This document shows positions 6,346 through 14,922 of a DNA stretch of 47,393 nt, piece after piece (the stretch's first letter is position 1; the number at the start of each line of letters is the position of its first letter). The stretch covers positions 1 to 47,393 of the forward strand of contig JAAZMX010000040.1 in assembly GCA_012798565.1 (NCBI GenBank), read 5' to 3'. The translations under genes were made by a program, and so were the position numbers. The notes under the pieces were generated by a model that did no database searches, was not told the DNA's origin, and saw only the letters and a program-made list of their open reading frames with translations. The DNA comes from Candidatus Kuenenbacteria bacterium. Lineage in GTDB: Bacteria; Patescibacteriota; Patescibacteriia; UBA2196; GWA2-42-15.

Positions 6346-7569
6346 TTATTCCATTTTCCCCAACACCACCTCGACGGCTTTTTCTTCCCCGCCGCTGATC
6401 AGGCTGATTTTTATTTTCTGTCCCGGCGCGTATGACTGGATGAGCTCGCCCAAAGTCTTGTCCGCCGCGAGCGAATCTTCTCCCACCGCGATAATGATAT
6501 CACCGGCTTTCAACCCGGCTTTTTCCGCCGGACTGCCTTTTTTCACCGCGGCTATATTTTTGTCTCCGGAAATCATCGCCCCCCTGGCGATCAACTCGCC
6601 ATCCTGAAGATTAAATTTCGGATGAGCAGCTAGGCTGATATAATTCACCCCGAGCACCGAGCGCTCAATTTTATTTTTTTTGAGCAGTCCATCCAGAATT
6701 GATTTTAGATAATTCATTGGCACCGCTTCGTTTTTACTGTTTACTACCGCTAGTGCTTCGCCAGCCATATTGATAATCGGCGCGCCCAAAAGACTCTCGT
6801 CATAACCTTCCCGGCACCACAGCACCGCGGTCATTTTTTCCGTTGATTCCACAGTCGGAGCACCGACCTCTGCCACATGCAGGCTGGCTAGCTTTACTTT
6901 GGGATAATTGCAGATAAAGCCATAAACAAGCTGACCCGAAGTCATGGTCTTAGCCTCGCCGATTTTGGCCACCGGCAGATCCTTGGCTTCTATTTTGACA
7001 AACACCAGGTTGCTGCCCGGGTCTTCCACTACTGATTTCGGTTCATATACTTTATTTTTATTGGTCACCACCACGTATTTACTCTCCCCGATTTTATTCA
7101 ATAATCCCGTTGTCGTGACGAGCCAGCCGTCGCTCGTGAGAACAAGCCCGCTTCCGAGCACCTGTTCGGCCTCAAAAAAATGATTCCCCGTCGCGCTTGG
7201 TTTTTGGTAAAAAGCCACCACAGCCGCTCCGGCCGCTTCGCTCAAATCAGCCAAGCGCTCTTCGCTCGTCACTGTGATGTTTTCCTGTTTGTCCACGATT
7301 ATTTTTTGTCCGCTCTTGTCAGCCACTACCGCCTCGCGGAAAAAGCCCTCATAGACAAAAACCGCTGTCAGGCTGGAAAGTATTGCCAGGACAACCGCGA
7401 CTACCACTAGACTCAGCCCGCTTTTCGGTTTCTCCAGTCTACCAAAATATTCTTCACGGTAGATTTCAGGCAGTTTGTCTGCCGCGGTGGATTTTTTTTC
7501 GCCAGTCTCTTTGTTTTCTTTTTTATTTTCTAGTTGTCCGACCTTGGTTTGAGTGAATTTTTTGAACAT
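6346..7569 (-). CDS. Membrane-anchored HtrA/S1C-like protein with a C-terminal PDZ domain; catalytic triad apparently substituted
   Basis: N-terminal TM segment, a trypsin-like core (GSGLVLTSDGWLVTT...) and a PDZ domain (GSPAEKAGLKAGDIIIAVG). The triad positions read VTTTGLL, NLVFVKI and ESLLGAPIIN instead of TNxHV, DxAxxK and GNSGGP. Confidence 0.75.
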   Translation of the reverse strand: MFKKFTQTKVGQLENKKENKETGEKKSTAADKLPEIYREEYFGRLEKPKSGLSLVVVAVVLAILSSLTAVFVYEGFFREAVVADKSGQKIIVDKQENITVTSEERLADLSEAAGAAVVAFYQKPSATGNHFFEAEQVLGSGLVLTSDGWLVTTTGLLNKIGESKYVVVTNKNKVYEPKSVVEDPGSNLVFVKIEAKDLPVAKIGEAKTMTSGQLVYGFICNYPKVKLASLHVAEVGAPTVESTEKMTAVLWCREGYDESLLGAPIINMAGEALAVVNSKNEAVPMNYLKSILDGLLKKNKIERSVLGVNYISLAAHPKFNLQDGELIARGAMISGDKNIAAVKKGSPAEKAGLKAGDIIIAVGEDSLAADKTLGELIQSYAPGQKIKISLISGGEEKAVEVVLGKME

Positions 7570-7611
7570 AAGCGCATTAAATTTATTATGATAATAAAAA
7601 CATATTAATTT

Positions 7612-8047
7612 AAATTCAAAATCCTAATTTCCAATCAATTTCAAAGCTTAAAATCCCAATCATTTATTATTAATAGCGGAAAAGATCAAGGTTAATTCAT
7701 GTGCTTCTTGCCATAATTTTCGGCAAATTTCAACCTGTTTGGGATTGGCGGCCGCTGTCATGTGTAGCCAATGAGTTGACTCTTTGGCTTCTTTCTTGCA
7801 AATACCAATTTTATGTTTAAAATCTTTCTTTGACTCAGCGCAGTCTGCTTCCATATAATTAGCACCCACGCTGGTCGCTGACCTGACGAGTTGACCGATT
7901 AAGGGTTTGTTGATTGTATTTTCTGGTACTTCTTTTAAAAACAAAATTATATCTTTACCAAACTGAGCGGTTCGTTCAGCCAAATCATACTTTTTACTAT
8001 TAGAGTTTTGGACTTTGTTTGACATTGGAAATTTGGATTTGAAATTT
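7612..8047 (-). repeat. 24-nt inverted-repeat arms bracketing the four-helix-bundle ORF (IVS-like cassette)
   Basis: AAATTCAAAATCCTAATTTCCAAT (7612-7635) matches the reverse complement of 8024-8047 (AAATTTCAAATCCAAATTTCCAAT) at 21 of 24 positions. The arms start at the ORF's start codon and 25 nt past its stop. Confidence 0.6.
7660..8025 (-). CDS. Four-helix-bundle protein (23S rRNA intervening-sequence protein family)
   Basis: GQLVRSATSVGANYMEADCAESKKDFKHKIGICKKEAKESTHWL family signature. Confidence 0.9.
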   Translation of the reverse strand: MSNKVQNSNSKKYDLAERTAQFGKDIILFLKEVPENTINKPLIGQLVRSATSVGANYMEADCAESKKDFKHKIGICKKEAKESTHWLHMTAAANPKQVEICRKLWQEAHELTLIFSAINNK

Positions 8048-8052
8048 TACCT

Positions 8053-8805
8053 TTAACTCCACCTCGCCGTCGCCAAGACAATCAGCCAGATCAAAATCAG
8101 GGCCGCGCCGTAGCGCCAATAGGTTTTTTTGTTGATTGTGCCCAAAAGAAAATGTTGCGCCAGCCCCGTGAAAAAATAGTAAGCCGCTGTCATAATGAGC
8201 GCTTTGACCGCCGAGAGATTGGGCAGCCAGGACACTACTAAAAATAATTCCGTGATTGCCAGGGTAATGACCGGCAAAAACCATTGCCCGGCGACATTTT
8301 TTATTTTATTGATAATAAAAAACTGATAGGTTACCAAATAAACCTCCAGGACAGTCAAAGGCGCCAGCAACCAAAAAGAAATATTCAAAAAGATTAACAG
8401 ATCAAAAACTCCGTTGAACCAGAAAAAAATAGTCGTGGTGTTGAGAATCTTGGAAATAGTTGAAAGGGAATGGTTTTGGTAGCGGTACTTGTGATAGCTT
8501 AGGATAATCAACTGCCTGACAAAAAGAGTTGCCCCGACCGAAAGGAAAACTATTGCCAGCTCGCGGATGAATAGCTGATTGGCAAAACCCAGAAACATTA
8601 GCCCTGATAGTAAAAAAAAGAAAGGTGAAATTAAAAAGTTAAAGAAATTTTTGTCCCACTTGGCTCTGGTTGCCAGCCAGACAAAGAAGATATTAAAAAT
8701 CAATAGCCCTCCGGCCGCCCACCAGAAAAAAATGGGATTGATCACCCCGAGTTGCAACCCGAAAAAAGTTATCAGACCATAAAAATAAGCGAGTGTGATT
8801 GGCAC
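8053..8805 (-). CDS. Polytopic integral membrane protein, function unknown
   Basis: About 7-8 hydrophobic segments and an apparent GTG start. I recognised no family motif. Confidence 0.55.
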   Translation of the reverse strand: MPITLAYFYGLITFFGLQLGVINPIFFWWAAGGLLIFNIFFVWLATRAKWDKNFFNFLISPFFFLLSGLMFLGFANQLFIRELAIVFLSVGATLFVRQLIILSYHKYRYQNHSLSTISKILNTTTIFFWFNGVFDLLIFLNISFWLLAPLTVLEVYLVTYQFFIINKIKNVAGQWFLPVITLAITELFLVVSWLPNLSAVKALIMTAAYYFFTGLAQHFLLGTINKKTYWRYGAALILIWLIVLATARWS

Positions 8806-8814
8806 AAAAAATTG

Positions 8815-9297
8815 CTAGTTGTTAAGCCAGAAATATTGTTTCAAAATTTCCGCCCAGGCACTTTCCGCCGCCTGTTTTTTGTTTTGATTATCCTGGCTCA
8901 AGGCCCCTCTTTCCTGATCCAGCGTGGTGACCACCAAGAGATGCAGTTCCTTGTATTCATCCGGCACGTTTAATTCCAAAACCTTGGCCTTGGTTTGTTC
9001 CAGAGTAGAGAGCCAGCTGTCTTGGTCATTGGCGAACCCGACTCTTTTTTGTAAATATTCTGTTAAAATATTTTTTAAACTCGCCTGATAAGCAATGATG
9101 AGCTGTTGATTTTTATCCTCGCTCTTTATTTGCTGGGCACTATTACTATCACTCGCTCCGGCCACCTGGCCTTCCCTGGCTTTTTTGAGTGTCAGCTCTT
9201 CATTGATTGTTTGCCAGGCGACTAAGGCCACTACGACCACCAAGGCCGCCGTGATTTGTTTCCAATGATAATCGACAAAAAGTTGTGCTTTAGACAT
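8815..9297 (-). CDS. Single-pass membrane-anchored hypothetical protein
   Basis: N-terminal TM segment (ITAALVVVVALVAW) followed by a helical, polar ectodomain. Confidence 0.5.
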   Translation of the reverse strand: MSKAQLFVDYHWKQITAALVVVVALVAWQTINEELTLKKAREGQVAGASDSNSAQQIKSEDKNQQLIIAYQASLKNILTEYLQKRVGFANDQDSWLSTLEQTKAKVLELNVPDEYKELHLLVVTTLDQERGALSQDNQNKKQAAESAWAEILKQYFWLNN

Positions 9298-9315
9298 AAA
9301 TGTGATTTTAATTTT

Positions 9316-9648
9316 TTAAAGATTCATAAATTCATTAGCCAGCTTCTCCCAAGCTTGTTCCCGCTCATTCCATTTAAAAACGTTTAGGTAATTTACCATT
9401 TCATTTTCATCATAAACATTAGTTACCTTCGTCGTCGAGCCGATACGGTTGGCGTACGTCGTCTTTACTTCTTTCAATCTTGGTTTTTCTACCCACTCCA
9501 TTTTTATTTTTCCCATACCCGGTGCTTCAAATTCCACCAGCCATTTTTCTCCGGGCGTCTCCTCGCCCCAAGGCCCGTGTTCCTCATGGTCAATCTGGAA
9601 CTGTTTTCTGATTTTTTCCAATGTTTCTAGCCATTTTTCACGAGTCAT
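9316..9648 (-). CDS. Hypothetical cytoplasmic protein
   Basis: Clean 110-aa ORF co-directional with its neighbours. No motif recognised. Confidence 0.5.
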   Translation of the reverse strand: MTREKWLETLEKIRKQFQIDHEEHGPWGEETPGEKWLVEFEAPGMGKIKMEWVEKPRLKEVKTTYANRIGSTTKVTNVYDENEMVNYLNVFKWNEREQAWEKLANEFMNL

Positions 9649-9725
9649 AGTCTTTGGTGATTAGTGAGTAATCTTATTCCTATTATAGCAGTCAGAATGG
9701 AAACCGCAAGGAAAGTGATTAAGCA

Positions 9726-9825
9726 ACTAGTAATTAGTAACTTGTAACTAGTATTATTATTTGTGTTTGTTATTTATAAACATTTTACTAATTACTAATT
9801 ACGAATTACGGGTTACTGGGTAACT
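9726..9825. repeat. Inverted repeat of GTAATTA/CTAATTA-type heptamers
   Basis: Left arm CTAGTAATTAGTAACTTGTAACTAGTA. The right arm is the tandem CTAATTA CTAATTA CGAATTA CGGGTTA CTGGGTAA, which runs into the last codons of queH. Confidence 0.5.
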
Positions 9826-10357
9826 TCTTTGAAAACACGCACCCGCAATAATGTTGGCGATAAAAATCATGTTCTTTGGCAATTTGGCAGGCCGCCTGGA
9901 AACCGCCCGATTTTTTCCAGTCGCGATCCAAAAATTTTAAGCCATACTCCTCGGCGATTTTTTGTCCGAGCTCGCTGATCTTTTCCGCTTTTTTGTGCGG
10001 ACTGATCGATAAGCTGGAACCAAAGTATTCATAACCGAGTTTTTTTGCTTGCTTTGCTGTTGCCCTGAGCCGCATTTCATAGCAGATATCACAGCGCACC
10101 CCGCGCTCCGGCTCATTTTCTAGCCCCTTGATTTGTTCTAGCCATTTTTCTATCTCGTATTCACCCTCGATGATTTTTACTTCCGGTCTTTCTGATAAAT
10201 ATTTTTTCAATTCTGTCAGGCGCGCGATATATTCATCTTTTGGCTGGATGTTGGGATTGTAATAAAAAACAGTCACCACAAAACCCTGCCTGCCCAGTTC
10301 GTCAATCGGCCAGCAGGCACAGGGTGAACAGCAAGTGTGGAATAGTATTTTAGACAT
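9806..10357 (-). CDS. queH: Epoxyqueuosine reductase QueH (DUF208)
   Basis: N-terminal HTCCSPC, the internal CDICYEMRL, and the C-terminal YRQHYCGCVFS cysteine motifs. Confidence 0.85.
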   Translation of the reverse strand: MSKILFHTCCSPCACWPIDELGRQGFVVTVFYYNPNIQPKDEYIARLTELKKYLSERPEVKIIEGEYEIEKWLEQIKGLENEPERGVRCDICYEMRLRATAKQAKKLGYEYFGSSLSISPHKKAEKISELGQKIAEEYGLKFLDRDWKKSGGFQAACQIAKEHDFYRQHYCGCVFSKKLPSNP

Positions 10358-10376
10358 AAATAATTTTAATGGCTAG

Positions 10377-10487
10377 AATTAAAATCCAAAATCCAAATTT
10401 CCAATCAAATCCAAAGCTCTAAACTATAAATCAATATTTTTGGCTTTGAAATTTGAGCTTGATTGGAAATTAGAGCTTTGACATTTA
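10377..10487. repeat. ORF-less long hairpin of the heptamer family, homologous to the left flank of the 7612-8047 cassette
   Basis: AAAATCCAAAATCCAAATTTCCAATCAAATCCAAAGCTCTAAA pairs with CTTTGAAATTTGAGCTTGATTGGAAATTAGAGCTTTGA. The left arm closely resembles 7614-7652. Confidence 0.7.
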
Positions 10488-11597
10488 CTTCAAAATGTAA
10501 ACCCCATTTTTATTTTCCGTTTCCAGTCCCAATATCTTAATTATCTTTTCTCCTTCTGCCCCCTCGATTATCCTCGGCTGGCAATAATCCTCAACCAAAA
10601 TAGGCGTTGCCACAATTTGTTTGACGCCCGATTGAGTTAAGGTAATTTTCAATACTACCCCCTCTCTGGTTTCCCGGCTCCACATCTGGTCAAAAACAAA
10701 ATTTCCCAGACTGTAAAAAATATATTTACCCTGATATTTTTCCGCGGTTTGCACCACATGCGGATGGTGGCCGATTACCAGCTCCGCTCCAGCCTCAATC
10801 GCTGCTCTGGCAAAATTCCTCTGCTCTTTGGTCGGCTCATTAGTATATTCCACCCCGGCATGCATTGAGACGATTACCAAATCAGCCTTTGTTTTAGCCG
10901 CCTTGATTGCTTCCGCCATTTCTTCTTTATTCCAGAAAGCCGTACCTGGATTTTTCTCTCCGGCCGCATAATTAGCCGGCACCATGAGTTGTTCCGTTCT
11001 CCCCAGCCAGGCAATAGTTATCCCGCCCACTGTCAGATATTTGGCCTCTCTGGCTTCGCTCAAATTATTTCCCGCACCGATGTATTCTATTTCCGCTTCG
11101 TTTAAATATCCAAAAGTATCCTCCAGCCCTTTTCGCCCAAAATTGGGCGTATGATTATTAGCCAGAGACACTATTCCAAAATTATTATTCTTCAAAATCT
11201 CCGCTACTTTTGGATCAGCCCTAAAGCTCATCTCTCCGCTTTTGATTGTCCGTCCGGCCATGATCGCCGTTTCTAGATTGCCAAAAGCCAGATCAGCTGT
11301 TTTCAGATAAGAACCCATTTTTTCAAAGGGATAATTAAAATTTTTCTGGGTCAACATTTTTTGTTCAACGGTGCGCGAAAGCATCATATCACCAACCGCG
11401 ATTATTTTTATTTCTTCCGATTCGGGCCTTAACCGGTCAGCAGTGCTGGTGGAAAAAATCATCATTTCTTCCTTCTTTATTGGCCCCAGATTAGTTGGTC
11501 TTATCTCCGGCCACCATTTGATTATTAGATAAAACCAGCCCAGAATAAGTATCAGGGCTGCGGCGCTAATCATAAAAAGGATTGTTTTTTTAGACAT
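10485..11597 (-). CDS. CapA/PGA_cap-family metallophosphoesterase-like protein (membrane anchored)
   Basis: IIAVGDMMLSR..., SLANNH and VIGHHPHVVQ motifs, with an N-terminal TM segment. Confidence 0.85.
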   Translation of the reverse strand: MSKKTILFMISAAALILILGWFYLIIKWWPEIRPTNLGPIKKEEMMIFSTSTADRLRPESEEIKIIAVGDMMLSRTVEQKMLTQKNFNYPFEKMGSYLKTADLAFGNLETAIMAGRTIKSGEMSFRADPKVAEILKNNNFGIVSLANNHTPNFGRKGLEDTFGYLNEAEIEYIGAGNNLSEAREAKYLTVGGITIAWLGRTEQLMVPANYAAGEKNPGTAFWNKEEMAEAIKAAKTKADLVIVSMHAGVEYTNEPTKEQRNFARAAIEAGAELVIGHHPHVVQTAEKYQGKYIFYSLGNFVFDQMWSRETREGVVLKITLTQSGVKQIVATPILVEDYCQPRIIEGAEGEKIIKILGLETENKNGVYILK

Positions 11598-14292
11598 TTT
11601 TGCGTGAATAAAATAGCTTGATCGCCTCCACCATCGCGATGATTAAAATACAGCCGAGCATTATTGCCAGCCAGGCTTCCCAGCCCAGAGCCACTGTTTG
11701 AAAAACTTTTTGAGCCAAGCCGTTATAAACAGCAAAGGCCTGCATGGCCAAGCCCACCATTACTGCCAAAAGCAGAGACTTATTATTAAAAATATTTGTC
11801 TGCCAGATTGGCCGATAAAAGTTTCTGGCGCTGAAAATATAAATTAATGTGTTAATGGCCAAAAAGGTAAAGCCGACGGTTCGGCCCAAATTGATGTCCC
11901 CGGTCTGTTGCCAAAAAAAGCGGAAGAAAAATAATGTGCCGGCCGCCGACAGTATACTAATCGCGCCAATTAAAACAAAACTTTCCCTGTTGAGAATCGG
12001 TTCGCTCAATTTTCTCGGCCGCTGTTTCATAATATTGCTCTCTGCCGGCTCTTTAGCTATAGCAATACCCGGGAAAGTATCATCAATGAGATTGATCCAG
12101 ATGATTTGCGAGGCCAGAAGCGGCAGCGGCCAGCCCAAGAGCATGCCTACCCCAACTGTGATTACCTCCGCCAAGCCATCGGACAAAAAGTAGAAAACTA
12201 CTTTTTTAATATTATCATAAATCACTCGGCCCTCTCTGACCGCTTTGGCAATCGTGGCAAAATTATTATCCAAAAGTACAATGTCGGCCGTCTCTTTGGC
12301 CACGTCCGTACCCGAATTCACGGCGATGCCAATATTCGCTTTCTTCAGAGCCGGCGCGTCATTGATACCATCGCCGGTCATCGCCACTACTTCGCCGCGG
12401 TCCTGCCAAGCTTTGACTATTTTTAACTTGTCTTCCGGCGCTACTCGAGCATAAATGGAAATTTTCGGTACTACGGCCAGCAATTCACTCTCGGTTATTT
12501 TGGCCAGCCGTTCCCCGTTCATAATATTTTTGGCCTCGGCTGGCATCCCCAATTCTTTGGCGATTGTTCTGGCTGTTAGTTCATGATCTCCGGTGATAAT
12601 CACGGTTTGAATTCCCGCTTCTCTTACCTCGCGAATGGTTTTTGGTGCCTCGCTACGGAGCGGATCTTTTATTCCCGCCAGTCCGACAAATACGAAATCT
12701 TTTTGTTCCCAACCCTCAAGCGTTTTTATCTTACTGCTTATTTTTTTATAAGCCAAGGCCAGAACGCGCAACCCTTTTTTACTCATTTCCTCATGAATCG
12801 TCAAAAGACGCTCCTGCTCTTTTTGGCTTATTTCTATTTCCCCCCTTTTTTCATCAGAATAAATATATTTTGATAAAGACAAAACCACTTCCGGCGCTCC
12901 TTTGAGATAGGCCCAATTTTCCTCTTTGCCCTTATGCAAGGTCAGCATGAATTTCCAGGCGCTGTCGAAGGGGTTTTCTGCCAGCCGCGGTTCTTCTTTT
13001 TCCAGTTTATTTTTTTCCAGTCCGACATTGGCCCCCACCATCAAAAGCGCTTTTTCTGTCGGCGAGCCGCGCACAATCCGGTGCTCCAATCCGACCTCCG
13101 GATTTTCAATATAGGCGTTATTACAAAGTACTCCAATTTTCAAAAGTTTGATCAATTCATTGCCGCCCTGCTCGTCTTTTTTTGTCTGGCCATCAAATAA
13201 ATTAAAATTATAATCCAAGGTGGCCACCTCGACCACGCGCATTTCTCCGTCTGTGATTGTTCCGGTTTTGTCTGTGCAGATGACGGTTGTCGAGCCGAGC
13301 GTTTCGGCCGCCAAAAGCTGTTTGGTCAGCGCCTTCTCCTTGAGTATTCTCTGCATGCCAAAAGCCAAAATTACCGTCATGACAATTAATAGTCCCTCAG
13401 GGATAATAGCTACCGAAATCGCCACCGCGGTCACAAATATTTGCTTGGCATCATAACCTAGGATTAATCCAGCAATAAAAATTAAAAAACAACCCCCCAC
13501 TGCCGCTGAGCTGAGCTTCCTGGCGAAAGAAGCCAATTTTTTTTGCAAAGGAGTCAGGGGGTCTTCCGTATTTGCGACCAAGCCGGCAATTTTACCCAGT
13601 TCCGTCTCCTGCCCGGTCGCCACCACTATTGCCAAGCCATTACCCTGAGTTATTTGTGTCCCCAAGAAAGCCATGTTCGCCTGGTCAGCCAAAATGAGTT
13701 CGCCGGCCAGCGGCCGGCTAGTTTTTTCTATTTCATTGGATTCGCCGGTGAGCGGCGCCTCGTTGATTTTTAGATTACTGGTCTTCAATATTCTCAAGTC
13801 AGCTGGCACGCGGTCGCCGGCGCTGAGAAAAACCAGATCTCCCCTCACCAATTCATCGGCCATGATTTGTTTTTCTTTGCCTTCGCGGTACACCTTACAG
13901 TAATTAATGGCCACCTTTCTTAACGCGCCAAGAGAGCTGATAGCTTTATTTTCCTGGTAATAACCGAGGGCTACATTGATCAAAACCGCTAGTAGGATCA
14001 CCCCGGCGTCAATATAGTCCCCGAGCATTATACTGATGGCTGTGGCGCCGAGCAAAACATAGACCAGAGAACTATTAAACTGTCGCAGCAAAAGCGCCCC
14101 CTTGGATATTTTTTTACCCTCGGGCATTTTATTGGCGCCGTGTTTAGCCAGCCGCTTTTTTACTTCCTCATCGCTCAAGCCATTCTTGCCAGTTTCCAGT
14201 TTTTGAAAAAGATCTTCCTGCGTCAAAACATACCACTTTTTATGGTCTCGTCTTTGTTGTGCCTGATAGATTGATTGTGAGAGTTGTGACAT
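11590..14292 (-). CDS. P-type (P2, Ca2+/cation-transporting) ATPase
   Basis: CTDKTGTIT phosphorylation motif, TGES, MTGDGINDAPALKKA, and ten predicted TM segments. The ATG at 14292 is preferred over the TTG at 14310. Confidence 0.9.
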   Translation of the reverse strand: MSQLSQSIYQAQQRRDHKKWYVLTQEDLFQKLETGKNGLSDEEVKKRLAKHGANKMPEGKKISKGALLLRQFNSSLVYVLLGATAISIMLGDYIDAGVILLAVLINVALGYYQENKAISSLGALRKVAINYCKVYREGKEKQIMADELVRGDLVFLSAGDRVPADLRILKTSNLKINEAPLTGESNEIEKTSRPLAGELILADQANMAFLGTQITQGNGLAIVVATGQETELGKIAGLVANTEDPLTPLQKKLASFARKLSSAAVGGCFLIFIAGLILGYDAKQIFVTAVAISVAIIPEGLLIVMTVILAFGMQRILKEKALTKQLLAAETLGSTTVICTDKTGTITDGEMRVVEVATLDYNFNLFDGQTKKDEQGGNELIKLLKIGVLCNNAYIENPEVGLEHRIVRGSPTEKALLMVGANVGLEKNKLEKEEPRLAENPFDSAWKFMLTLHKGKEENWAYLKGAPEVVLSLSKYIYSDEKRGEIEISQKEQERLLTIHEEMSKKGLRVLALAYKKISSKIKTLEGWEQKDFVFVGLAGIKDPLRSEAPKTIREVREAGIQTVIITGDHELTARTIAKELGMPAEAKNIMNGERLAKITESELLAVVPKISIYARVAPEDKLKIVKAWQDRGEVVAMTGDGINDAPALKKANIGIAVNSGTDVAKETADIVLLDNNFATIAKAVREGRVIYDNIKKVVFYFLSDGLAEVITVGVGMLLGWPLPLLASQIIWINLIDDTFPGIAIAKEPAESNIMKQRPRKLSEPILNRESFVLIGAISILSAAGTLFFFRFFWQQTGDINLGRTVGFTFLAINTLIYIFSARNFYRPIWQTNIFNNKSLLLAVMVGLAMQAFAVYNGLAQKVFQTVALGWEAWLAIMLGCILIIAMVEAIKLFYSRKNV

Positions 14293-14356
14293 CTTAAAAT
14301 CAAAATTCAAAAAGCAAAAGTAAAAAATATTAAATAAGTAAAAAAATATTCTTCAC

Positions 14357-14917
14357 CTAACTTTTTATTATCTTCTCAGTCTCCTTAGCCACCTCCGGTA
14401 GTATTTCTTTCTCCAAAATATTTTTTTCCTCCTTGGTCAATTTGCTCAAAACAAAATCCGCCGCCTCCATTTTTTCCGCCCGCTCGTTTCTAATCCCTAT
14501 TCTTATCCGCCAGAATTTATCACCCCCCAGTTTTTCAATGATTGAGTTGAGTCCGTTGTGCCCGGCCGAAGAGCCCTTGGCGCGTATTCTTATTTTGCCG
14601 AAAGGCAGATCCAATTCATCATAAACAATAATGATCTTTTCATCCGCCACCTGATAGAATTTTTTTATAGACGCTACCGTCTCGCCTGAATTATTCATAA
14701 AAGTTAATGGCTTGGCCGCGATTATTTTTTTATCTCTCCATTTGTTTTCTGAAATCATCGCCCGGAATTTTTTCTGTTCTTTGAAGTGTTCCCAATTTAG
14801 CTTTTCCGCCAACCAATCGAGTGTCACAAAACCCACGTTGTGGCGCGTGTGCTCGTATTCTTTACCTGGGTTGCCAAGGCCAACCACTAAAATTATCTGG
14901 CTATTTTTTTTGTTCAT
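14357..14917 (-). CDS. pth: Peptidyl-tRNA hydrolase
   Basis: LVVGLGNPGKEYEHTRHNVGF and GSSAGHNGLNSI motifs. Confidence 0.95.
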   Translation of the reverse strand: MNKKNSQIILVVGLGNPGKEYEHTRHNVGFVTLDWLAEKLNWEHFKEQKKFRAMISENKWRDKKIIAAKPLTFMNNSGETVASIKKFYQVADEKIIIVYDELDLPFGKIRIRAKGSSAGHNGLNSIIEKLGGDKFWRIRIGIRNERAEKMEAADFVLSKLTKEEKNILEKEILPEVAKETEKIIKS

Positions 14918-14922
14918 GATAT

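Noticed and set aside
5877-8025. Diversity-generating retroelement, since the four-helix-bundle proteins are Avd-like
   Set aside because: I could find no reverse transcriptase ORF and no template/variable repeat pair with A-specific mismatches anywhere in the window.
11849-13903. Multiple 60-115-aa plus-strand ORFs within 11.8-13.9 kb
   Set aside because: All are antisense shadows of the 900-aa P-type ATPase gene.
14293-14310. TTG start at 14310 for the P-type ATPase
   Set aside because: The in-frame ATG at 14292 (MSQLSQ...) is a more conventional start. The six extra codons have no supporting signal. This remains uncertain either way.
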